Positions 46,795-54,464 of a DNA stretch of 64,000 nt are shown here, piece by piece (position 1 is the stretch's first letter; each line of letters starts with the position of its first letter). The notes under the pieces were generated by a model. It was not told the DNA's origin. It saw only the letters and a program-made list of their open reading frames with translations, and did not search any database. Both the position numbers and the translations under genes were made by a program. Source of the stretch: Gemmatimonadota bacterium (GTDB taxonomy: Bacteria; Gemmatimonadota; Gemmatimonadetes; Gemmatimonadales; GWC2-71-9); NCBI GenBank assembly GCA_041500125.1, contig JBGQLP010000002.1, positions 92,322 through 156,321 of the forward strand, in the 5' to 3' direction.

Positions 46795-47559
46795 TTGCTG
46801 ATCGACACCCACTGTCACCTCGCCGACTCGGCATATGCCACCGATCGGCCCGAGGTGCTCGAGCGGGCATGGGCCGTTGGGGTCGACCGGGTGGTGGTGA
46901 TCGGCGAATCCCGGTCCAGCGCGGAGGCGGCGCTGGCCATGGCGGCCGCGGAGCCGCGCCTGGTGGCCACCGCGGGGATCCACCCGCACGACGCCCGGGA
47001 ATGGAACTCAGAGTCCGAAGCCTGGCTTCGCGAGTTGCTTCGTGACCCGCGGGTGGTGGCCGTGGGCGAGACCGGATTGGACTTTCACTACGATCACTCC
47101 CCGCGCTCCGACCAGCACCGCGCCTTTGAGGCTCAGCTGGCCCTCGCGGCCGAGGCGGGGAAGCCGGCGGTCATCCACGCGCGGGACGCGGATGACGAAG
47201 TAGCCGCGGTTCTGGCTCACCATCCTGAAGTCACCGCCATCCTCCATTCCTTCAGTAGCGGCATGGGACTCTTGCGAGCGGGGCTGGTCCTCCGCCACTA
47301 TGTGTCGTTCAGTGGGATGGTCACCTTCAAGAATTGGCGCCTGGACGATGCCGTGCTGGAGACACCGTTGGATCGGCTGCTGCTCGAGACGGATAGCCCC
47401 TACCTGGCGCCGGTGCCGCATCGGGGAAAGCGAAACGAGCCTGGCTTCGTCCGTCATGTAGCGGAGCGGGTGGCGGTGGTGCGGGGAATTCCGATCGACG
47501 AGCTCATCGCGGCGACCGGCGAGAATGCCGGCCGGGTCTTCCGACTTCAGGAGAGGTGA
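46795..47559 (+). CDS. tatD: TatD-family metal-dependent hydrolase
   Basis: LIDTHCHL at the N-terminus (TTG start at 46795 gives M-LIDTHCHL), GETGLDFHY, and ETDSPYLAP. The track ORF start at 46600 overlaps secF. Confidence 0.85.
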   Translation: MLIDTHCHLADSAYATDRPEVLERAWAVGVDRVVVIGESRSSAEAALAMAAAEPRLVATAGIHPHDAREWNSESEAWLRELLRDPRVVAVGETGLDFHYDHSPRSDQHRAFEAQLALAAEAGKPAVIHARDADDEVAAVLAHHPEVTAILHSFSSGMGLLRAGLVLRHYVSFSGMVTFKNWRLDDAVLETPLDRLLLETDSPYLAPVPHRGKRNEPGFVRHVAERVAVVRGIPIDELIAATGENAGRVFRLQER

Positions 47560-47567
47560 GAAGTGAG
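47551..47567 (+). repeat. 17-mer GAGAGGTGAGAAGTGAG, identical copy of 49613-49629
   Basis: Covers the tatD stop (TGA 47557-47559) and the fhs GTG start (47563). Exact 17/17 match to the ridA-stop repeat. Confidence 0.9.
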
Positions 47568-49236
47568 CCAGGTTCCCTCCGACATCGCCATCGCCCAGGC
47601 TGCCAAACTCCGGCCCATCGCCGACGTGGCGTCCGAGGTGGGGCTCCAGCCCGAGGAGATCCTCCCGTACGGACGGTATAAGGCCAAGGTGAGCGCGGAG
47701 GCCATCGCCAAGAGGAAACCCAAGGGGAGGCTGGTGCTGGTCACCGGCATCAACCCGACGCCCGCAGGTGAGGGAAAGTCCACGGTCACGGTCGGCGTGG
47801 CCCAGGCACTCCGACGCCTCGGCAAGAAAGTGATTCTCTGTATTCGCGAGCCCTCCCTCGGCCCGGTGTTCGGGGTGAAGGGCGGCGCCGCCGGCGGCGG
47901 CTATGCCCAGGTGGTCCCGATGGACGAGATTAATCTCCATTTCACCGGCGATTTTCACGCGATCACCTCGGCCCACAATCTGCTGTCAGCCATGCTGGAC
48001 AACCACATCCACCATGGAAACGTGCTCGGCATCGACAGCCGCCGCATCACCTGGCCGCGCACCATTGATATGAATGATCGCGCGCTGCGCTCAATCGTGG
48101 TGGGCCTGGGTGGGATGAATGGTGGACCTACCCGCGAGGAGCGCTTCGTCATCACCCCCGCGAGTGAGATCATGGCTATCCTGGCGCTGGCCAGCGACCT
48201 GGCCGACCTGGAACAGCGGATCTCACGGATCATCGTTGGGCTGACGCGGGATCGGAAACCGGTCACCGCGGGCGACCTCAAAGCTGCGGGCGCTATGACG
48301 CTGCTGCTCAAGGATGCGATCCTGCCGAATCTGGTGCAGACGCTGGAGGGTGGGCCTGCGTTGGTGCACGCCGGTCCGTTCGGCAACATCGCGCACGGCT
48401 GCAACTCGGTGGTTGCCACCCGGCTGGGTCTCTCGCTCGCCGATCTGGTACTGACCGAAGCCGGCTTCGGCGCCGATCTAGGGGCCGAGAAGTTCTTCGA
48501 CATCAAGTGCCGCTTCGGCCAGCTTAACCCGGAGGCGGCGATCGTGGTCGCCACAGTCCGCGCGCTCAAAATGCACGGCGGGGTGAAGAAGGACGCACTC
48601 GGTACCCCTGACCTTGCCGCACTGGCGCGCGGGATGGCTAATCTCGAGGGCCACGTGAAGAATGTGCAGAAGTTCGGTCTGCCGGTGGTGGTGGCGCTCA
48701 ACCGGTTCGTGTCCGATAGCGAGCAGGAGGTTCAAGCGGTAATCGAAGCAGCGCGGAGCTGGGGCGCGCGTGCCGCGCTGAGCGACGTGTGGGCCAGGGG
48801 TGGGGAAGGCGGCGAGGCGGTGGCGAAAGAGGTGCTCGCAGTGCTCGACCACGGGAAATCATCATTCCGGCCGCTCTATGAGACTGGCAAGCCGATCAAG
48901 GCAAAGATCGAGATCATTGCTCGGGAGATCTATGGCGCCGCCGGAGTGGACTACACTCCAGCCGCCGAGAAGTCGATTGCCCAATGCGAAGCCATGGGTC
49001 TGGGCACGACCCCGATCTGCATGGCCAAGACCCAGTACTCCTTTTCTGACGATCCCTCCAAACTGGGCCGGCCGAGCGGCTTCCGGATCAACATTCGGGA
49101 TGTATACCCGTCGGCGGGGGCCGGCTTCGTCGTGGCGATGGCGGGCGAAGTCATGACCATGCCGGGGCTCTCGAAGGTGCCCTCCGCGGAAGCGATCCGG
49201 GTGCTCCCTAATGGTACCATCGAGGGGCTGTTCTGA
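47563..49236 (+). CDS. fhs: Formate--tetrahydrofolate ligase
   Basis: 557 aa. The sequence PSDIAIAQ...[16 protein letters not shown] is the canonical FTHFS N-terminus and P-loop. Confidence 0.95.
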   Translation: MSQVPSDIAIAQAAKLRPIADVASEVGLQPEEILPYGRYKAKVSAEAIAKRKPKGRLVLVTGINPTPAGEGKSTVTVGVAQALRRLGKKVILCIREPSLGPVFGVKGGAAGGGYAQVVPMDEINLHFTGDFHAITSAHNLLSAMLDNHIHHGNVLGIDSRRITWPRTIDMNDRALRSIVVGLGGMNGGPTREERFVITPASEIMAILALASDLADLEQRISRIIVGLTRDRKPVTAGDLKAAGAMTLLLKDAILPNLVQTLEGGPALVHAGPFGNIAHGCNSVVATRLGLSLADLVLTEAGFGADLGAEKFFDIKCRFGQLNPEAAIVVATVRALKMHGGVKKDALGTPDLAALARGMANLEGHVKNVQKFGLPVVVALNRFVSDSEQEVQAVIEAARSWGARAALSDVWARGGEGGEAVAKEVLAVLDHGKSSFRPLYETGKPIKAKIEIIAREIYGAAGVDYTPAAEKSIAQCEAMGLGTTPICMAKTQYSFSDDPSKLGRPSGFRINIRDVYPSAGAGFVVAMAGEVMTMPGLSKVPSAEAIRVLPNGTIEGLF

Positions 49237-49628
49237 TGCCGCTCGATTTTGTTGCCACTGCTGGCGCCCCCAAGGCGATTGGTCCCTATAGCCAGGGAAT
49301 CCGGGTCAACGGGTTCGTGTTCACCGCCGGCCAGGTGGCGCTGGATCCGGGAACCGGCGAGCTCGTGGCCGGCGACATCGCCGAACAGACCGCCCGGGCT
49401 CTGGAAAACCTCCGCGCCATCCTCATTGAGGCGGGCACCAGCATGGCTCAGGTGGTTAAGACGACGGTCTTTCTCGTCGATATGGCCGATTTCGCGGCGA
49501 TGAACGAAGTATACGGCCGGGCCTTCGGGACTCACCGGCCGGCCCGATCGACTGTCGCCGTCGCGGCGCTCCCGCGCGGGGCGCGGGTGGAGATCGAGGC
49601 GGTCGCCGAGGTGAGAGGTGAGAAGTGA
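49236..49628 (+). CDS. ridA: RidA/YjgF-family reactive intermediate deaminase
   Basis: APKAIGPYSQG...GQ...DP.TGE and PARS.V.V..LP..A.VEIE motifs. Confidence 0.9.
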   Translation: MPLDFVATAGAPKAIGPYSQGIRVNGFVFTAGQVALDPGTGELVAGDIAEQTARALENLRAILIEAGTSMAQVVKTTVFLVDMADFAAMNEVYGRAFGTHRPARSTVAVAALPRGARVEIEAVAEVRGEK

Positions 49629-49680
49629 GAAGTGAGAGGGAACGCTTTACCTCTTACCTCTCACCTCTCACTTCTTACCT
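49608..49680 (+). repeat. Long imperfect hairpin: (GTGAGAR)x4 purine arm, 8-nt loop, G-free pyrimidine arm ACCTCTTACCTCTCACCTCTCACTTCTTACCT
   Basis: About 30 potential pairs including G-U, with 2 mismatches by manual pairing. The left arm contains the ridA stop codon. There is no U-tract. Confidence 0.85.
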
Positions 49681-49735
49681 TCCGGAGGACGGGAGCGGAT
49701 CGGGCCTGGTGGTCTGGCCGGTCTTCAAAACCGCG

Positions 49736-50299
49736 ATGGAGACGCCTCCGGCGGCTCCGGTGGGTTCGATTCCCACACGCTCCCGCCACCCTCGCCGCGC
49801 GGCTGCATCCGTTTGGATCCTGCTTGTCCTGCTTGCCATCAGCTTTGGCTCGGTGGTAGATCTGGCCGCTCAAGTCGCGCCGAAGCCTGCCCGTCCACCC
49901 GCCCAGAGGGCACCCGCCCCGACCGACACTCTGGCTCGCCAGTACATCAGCCCCTTCAATGCGCTCTGGCGTTCCATGCTGATTCCGGGTTGGGGGCAGG
50001 CCAGGCTCAATCGCAAGCTGGCCGGTGGAATATTCGTGGCCTGGGAGGGAGTCACTCTGGGTATGACCCTGAAGACCCGCAGCGAGCTGCGCTATCTCCG
50101 GCGCACCAACTCGGCCCGAGCCAACGACAAGCGCCAGGAGCACGAAGACTGGTGGATACTGCTCGCCTTCAATCACCTCTTTGCCGGCCTGGAGGCCTAT
50201 GTCTCGGCCCACCTCGCCGATTTTCCTGGTGACCTCCGCTTCGAGGCCGTGCCTGGGGGGGTGGGGGCGGCAATCTCTCTGCCTATCCGGCTGCGATGA
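49736..50299 (+). CDS. DUF5683-like membrane protein
   Basis: ATG at 49736. The sequence RSMLIPGWGQARLNRKLAG resembles the PG(L/W)GQ..N motif of DUF5683. The track start at 49625 would translate the hairpin repeat. Confidence 0.45.
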   Translation: METPPAAPVGSIPTRSRHPRRAAASVWILLVLLAISFGSVVDLAAQVAPKPARPPAQRAPAPTDTLARQYISPFNALWRSMLIPGWGQARLNRKLAGGIFVAWEGVTLGMTLKTRSELRYLRRTNSARANDKRQEHEDWWILLAFNHLFAGLEAYVSAHLADFPGDLRFEAVPGGVGAAISLPIRLR

Positions 50300-51096
50300 A
50301 TCGGGCCCCCATCGGAATCTTCGACTCCGGCATAGGCGGGCTCACGGTTGCGCGAGCGATCTATGAGCGGCTGCCCCACGAGTCGACCATTTACTTCGGT
50401 GACACTGCGCGAGTGCCCTATGGTCCCAAGTCACCGGAAACGGTCAAGCGGTACAGCCTGGAGATCCTGCACTGGCTCCTGGGACAGGGGGTCAAGGCAG
50501 TGGTCATCGCCTGCAATACCAGCACAGCGCACGCCCTGGAGGCGCTGCAGGCGGAATCGCCCGTTCCAGTGATCGGGGTGATCGAGCCGGGCGCCAAGGC
50601 GGCGGTGTCGGCAACGAAGCAAGGTCCCATTGGAGTCATCGGTACCGCCGGCACGATCGCGAGCAACGCCTACGCCCGGGCCATTCGAAAGGCAAAACCG
50701 GGAGCCACGGTGGAGCAACGCGCCTGCCCCTTGTTCGTGCCGCTGGTGGAGGAGGGTTGGTTCGAGCACCCTGCTGCCGAGCTGATCGCCACCGAGTATC
50801 TCGACCCGTTGAAGCGCTCCGGGGTGGATGTAATGGTGCTCGGGTGTACCCACTATCCGCTCCTCAAGCCGCTGCTTCAGCGGATCATGGGACCGGCTAC
50901 CCGTCTCATCGACAGTGGGGAAGAGACGGCGGCAGCGGTGGAGAGCGCGCTGCGCACTACTGGTCTCGACGCTCCGGCTGACGGCGATCCCTACCACCGC
51001 TTCGTGGTGAGCGATGACGAGGCCCGGTTTCGGCAGGTGGGCTCGCGGTTTATCGGGGAGCGACTGGGGAAGGCTGAGGTCGTGCCGCTGGGCTGA
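50296..51096 (+). CDS. murI: Glutamate racemase
   Basis: IGIFDSGIGGLTV, ACNTS and GCTHYP catalytic Cys motifs. Confidence 0.93.
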   Translation: MNRAPIGIFDSGIGGLTVARAIYERLPHESTIYFGDTARVPYGPKSPETVKRYSLEILHWLLGQGVKAVVIACNTSTAHALEALQAESPVPVIGVIEPGAKAAVSATKQGPIGVIGTAGTIASNAYARAIRKAKPGATVEQRACPLFVPLVEEGWFEHPAAELIATEYLDPLKRSGVDVMVLGCTHYPLLKPLLQRIMGPATRLIDSGEETAAAVESALRTTGLDAPADGDPYHRFVVSDDEARFRQVGSRFIGERLGKAEVVPLG

Positions 51097-51817
51097 ATCT
51101 GCACAGTTCCGCGCCGGAGTCAGTCGCTACGGCATAGCGGAATCCGTCGAACCACGCTCCCGGATTGAGGTACTGCCTTCCTGTTGCCGAGGTCGAGAGC
51201 ATCGCTCGGTGAGTATGCCCCATGATCAGAAGATCGACCTGCGGCTCGTCGGCCAGGAGGCGTTCGGCCCACTCTCGCTGACGGGCCCCCGCGCGTGCTA
51301 ACTTCGTTTCGTCGACGGTATGGTCGCCCAGCATGGGACTCAACAGGTCCACCAGGCGAAGCCCGACATCGGGATGCAGGAGCTGGTAGACCGCGGCTGT
51401 CGCAGGGTGCTGAATGACTCGGTGGATCAGCCTGGCTTGCCAGCGCGGCTCGGTCAGCCCATCGCCATGGATCGCCGTCACCGTGTGACGTCCGATCCGA
51501 AAGGTGGCCCGCAGCGGATTGAAGTTGAGGCCGAGGTCTCGCTGCCAGAACCCGCTGTCCCACCGGTCATGGTTCCCTCCCACCATCACGATCGGCACCT
51601 GGCGCCGAAGCCGGGCCAGCGCGGCGGCGACGTGGAAGCCTCGCCGCGGAATGACCCGGGAGTAGGTGAACCAGAAGTCGAAGAGGTCGCCGTTGATGAG
51701 CAGGCAGTCGCCCAGGGTAGGCACGGCATCGAGGAACTCGAGCAGCGCATCCTCAACGCCGGACGATGCCACGCCTAAATGGGCATCGGAGACAATGACG
51801 AGGGAGTGGCCCAGCAC
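51050..51817 (-). CDS. LpxH-like UDP-2,3-diacylglucosamine diphosphatase (calcineurin-like metallophosphoesterase)
   Basis: GTG at 51817. VSDAHLG, NGDLFDFW and GGNHD motifs. The track extension to 52318 is antisense to the thioesterase gene and spurious. The 3' end overlaps murI by 47 nt (convergent). Confidence 0.6.
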   Translation of the reverse strand: MLGHSLVIVSDAHLGVASSGVEDALLEFLDAVPTLGDCLLINGDLFDFWFTYSRVIPRRGFHVAAALARLRRQVPIVMVGGNHDRWDSGFWQRDLGLNFNPLRATFRIGRHTVTAIHGDGLTEPRWQARLIHRVIQHPATAAVYQLLHPDVGLRLVDLLSPMLGDHTVDETKLARAGARQREWAERLLADEPQVDLLIMGHTHRAMLSTSATGRQYLNPGAWFDGFRYAVATDSGAELCRFSPAARPQPSPVAPR

Positions 51818-51910
51818 GGCGCCAAAGATGGACCCCCCCTCTGCCGACCGCAACACCCGGGGAATGTGACGGCAACGCCGCCCCGAGCGTCTACAACCGG
51901 TGAGGCTTTC

Positions 51911-52345
51911 ATGGCGACCCAGTCTCCGGCAATCTCGGAGAGCCACGTGCGGGTCAACTACTCCGAGACCGACCAGATGGGGGTCGTCTATCATGCCCGG
52001 TACCTGGTGTGGCTCGACATCGCCCGGACCGAGCACCTCCGCCGGAGCGGCATGAGCTACCGCGAGCTGGAGGCCGCGGGGCTTCGGCTGGCGGTAAGTG
52101 AAGTGTCCATCCGCTATCGCCAACCCGCCCGCTACGACGATGCCCTCCGGATCCGCTGTTGGGTCCGCGAGGTCGCTTCCCGGCGGGTCGATTTCGGCTA
52201 TGCGGTTGAACATGCCGAGGACCATCGCCTGCTCGCCACCGCATCCACCAGCTTGCTGGCGCTCGATACCAGCATGTCGCTCAGCCGGCTTCCCACGCGG
52301 GTGCGGGACGCGCTGCACCCCATCCCCGATCCCGTCAAGCTCTGA
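51911..52345 (+). CDS. YbgC/4HBT-family acyl-CoA thioesterase
   Basis: V.Y.ETDQMGVVYHARYL.W...R.E is the hotdog thioesterase signature. Confidence 0.8.
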   Translation: MATQSPAISESHVRVNYSETDQMGVVYHARYLVWLDIARTEHLRRSGMSYRELEAAGLRLAVSEVSIRYRQPARYDDALRIRCWVREVASRRVDFGYAVEHAEDHRLLATASTSLLALDTSMSLSRLPTRVRDALHPIPDPVKL

Positions 52346-52347
52346 TC

Positions 52348-54375
52348 ATGCGATCATCGGGTGTGCTGTTCTGGCTCGGCGTGGGCCTTTGCCTTCCTGC
52401 CACCGCCCGGTCCCAGGAGGAAGCAGTCGTCGAGCAGCTCGCGCCGGTGCTTGCCGCCGAAGACGCCCGGGAGTGGCAGCCCGACCTGTTTCGGCGGGCC
52501 TTGGTGGCTCCCGACCCCATGGTTCGCCGGATCGCCGCCGTGGCTGCCGGCCGGATCGGCGATCTCCGCGCGACGCCTCTCTTGGTTCACCTCCTGGATG
52601 AGCCCGACTCGACAGTTCGGGTTGCGGCCGCCTTCGCCTTGGGTCTGCTCCGGGATTCAGCGGCGGTAGAACCGCCGATCGAGCGTCTCACCGGACTACC
52701 ACCACTGGATACAGCCAGTGCCGACGAGGCGGTCACCGCCATCGCGAAGACCGGGGGCCGGCGCGCCTCGGAGTTCTTTGCCTCGGTCCTCAACGGGAAG
52801 GTGGCTCTCACTCAAGTCGATCCCGCTCCAGCCCGGAACCAGATGTTGCTCGAGAGCTGGCGACTGGGAGCCGAAGCCCCGACTGCGGCGCTGTTGCCCT
52901 TTGCCGACGACACCACCCTCACGGTGCGCTGGCGAGCCATTTACTCCCTGGGACGCCTCCGTGCGCCCGCGGCCGCCACTCATCTGATAGCGGCGCTTCG
53001 GGCCGAGGACGCGGGGACCCGGGCGGTCGCGGCGCGAGCGCTCAATCGGGAGTTCGCAGTGGCCGCAAAGCTGGAGCCGGCCACCGTGGCGGGACTGCTC
53101 GGAAGAGCGGTAGACGATGACGATGCCGGCGTGCGGGTCAACGCGCTGCGGTCTCTAGCCAGTTATCACGACTCGACCCAGGCGCCGCTGATTGCCTCCC
53201 GTGTCGATGACCCGGACCCTAACGTGCGGGTACAGGCTGCAGCCAGCCTCGGCGAGCTGCGAAGCTCGGTTGCCGGCAGCAGGCTGGTTCGGGTGCTTCA
53301 GGGCAAGGGAGGGTTCGCTCTCCGCCGCGAGGCGCTGCTCGGCTTGGCGCGCAGCGACCGGGCGGCGTTCGGGTCGGCGGTGAAATCGTGGCAGTCCAGC
53401 GCCGACTGGCGGGAGCGGGCCGTCGCCGCGGAAGGCTGGGCCCGGGCGGGCGCCACTGGCGCGCCCTGGTTCACCTCGGACCGAGATGGTCGGGTGATCG
53501 CCGCCGGTCTTCAGGCATGGGCCGACACCGTGAAGGGTCCCAATCAATCTTTGGACGATGCAGCTCGGCGGCTCCTGGCCCACGCCGATGGCGGCGTGCG
53601 CAGCGTCGCCGCGGACGTGCTCACCCGGACCGCCGATCCCGTCGATCTTGCCGCCCTCACCGCAATGTTCGGCCGAGCGGCGCGGGACTCATTCCCGGAT
53701 GCCTCGCTCTCGGCTCTTAACGCGATTTTGGCCATTCGGCGTCGCAGCGCTGCTGCCGCGGCCCGAGTCGATCGCGAATTTCTGGAGACGGTCCCCCGCC
53801 CAGCTAGCTATCTGCTCCGTCGCTGGGCCGAGACCAACTGGCCGGAGGCAGCGAACCGTTGGGGGCCGCCGTATCCCCTCGCCACCGGTCGCACTCTTCA
53901 GGACTACCGGGACATCGCGCGCCGGTTTCTGGTCGCCCCTGATTCGGTGGCACGGCCCCACATATTCATCGAAACCGAACAGCGCGGCGTCCTGGAGGTC
54001 GAGCTGTTCGGACCCGACGCGCCACTCACGGTGGCTAATTTTCTCCGGCTGCTGGATCGCCGCTTCTTCGACGGCAACCGGTGGCACCGGGTGGTGCCCA
54101 ACTTCGTCGTGCAGGATGGCGATCCCCGGGGCGACGGCTTCGGTGGGCCGGGTGGCTCGATTCGGGACGAGATCAACCGCAACCGATACGGCTTCAAGCC
54201 CATGCTCGGTATGGCTCTCTCCGGCCCCGACACCGGCTCGAGTCAGTGGTTTATCACCCTGTCACCTCAGCCTCACCTGGACGGCACCTACACCGTATTC
54301 GGGCGGGTGGTCGGTAATGTTGCTCCGCTTGCTCGGATCACCCAAGGCGACGTGATTAGGACGATTAGGAGATGA
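52348..54375 (+). CDS. HEAT-repeat protein fused to C-terminal cyclophilin-type peptidyl-prolyl isomerase
   Basis: Signal-like N-terminus. Repeated DP.VR..AA.ALG HEAT-like units across ~480 aa. The C-terminus FHRVVPNFVVQDGDPRGDGFGGPG...SQWFITL is cyclophilin. Confidence 0.8.
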   Translation: MRSSGVLFWLGVGLCLPATARSQEEAVVEQLAPVLAAEDAREWQPDLFRRALVAPDPMVRRIAAVAAGRIGDLRATPLLVHLLDEPDSTVRVAAAFALGLLRDSAAVEPPIERLTGLPPLDTASADEAVTAIAKTGGRRASEFFASVLNGKVALTQVDPAPARNQMLLESWRLGAEAPTAALLPFADDTTLTVRWRAIYSLGRLRAPAAATHLIAALRAEDAGTRAVAARALNREFAVAAKLEPATVAGLLGRAVDDDDAGVRVNALRSLASYHDSTQAPLIASRVDDPDPNVRVQAAASLGELRSSVAGSRLVRVLQGKGGFALRREALLGLARSDRAAFGSAVKSWQSSADWRERAVAAEGWARAGATGAPWFTSDRDGRVIAAGLQAWADTVKGPNQSLDDAARRLLAHADGGVRSVAADVLTRTADPVDLAALTAMFGRAARDSFPDASLSALNAILAIRRRSAAAAARVDREFLETVPRPASYLLRRWAETNWPEAANRWGPPYPLATGRTLQDYRDIARRFLVAPDSVARPHIFIETEQRGVLEVELFGPDAPLTVANFLRLLDRRFFDGNRWHRVVPNFVVQDGDPRGDGFGGPGGSIRDEINRNRYGFKPMLGMALSGPDTGSSQWFITLSPQPHLDGTYTVFGRVVGNVAPLARITQGDVIRTIRR

Positions 54376-54464
54376 CAGAGAAGACGGAGAGGCCGGTAAG
54401 AACATTTTTCATGGGGTTGGCGAGGCACCTCTCCGTCCTCTTTGTCCTCTCCGTCCTCTCCGTG
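54374..54464 (+). repeat. Inverted nonamer arrays: GACAGAGAA GACGGAGAG G (left) and (CTCTCCGTC/CTCTTTGTC)x4 (right) bracketing the ATG at 54411
   Basis: Left arm (54374-54392) and the reverse complement of 54428-54446 match 17/19. The right array is in frame and encodes LSVLFVLSVLSV, the signal-peptide hydrophobic core. Confidence 0.85.

Noticed and set aside
51818-52318. 5' extension of the LpxH-like ORF (track 51050..52318)
   Set aside because: It is antisense to the thioesterase gene. The metallophosphoesterase domain begins at VLGHSLVIVSDAHLG (GTG 51817).
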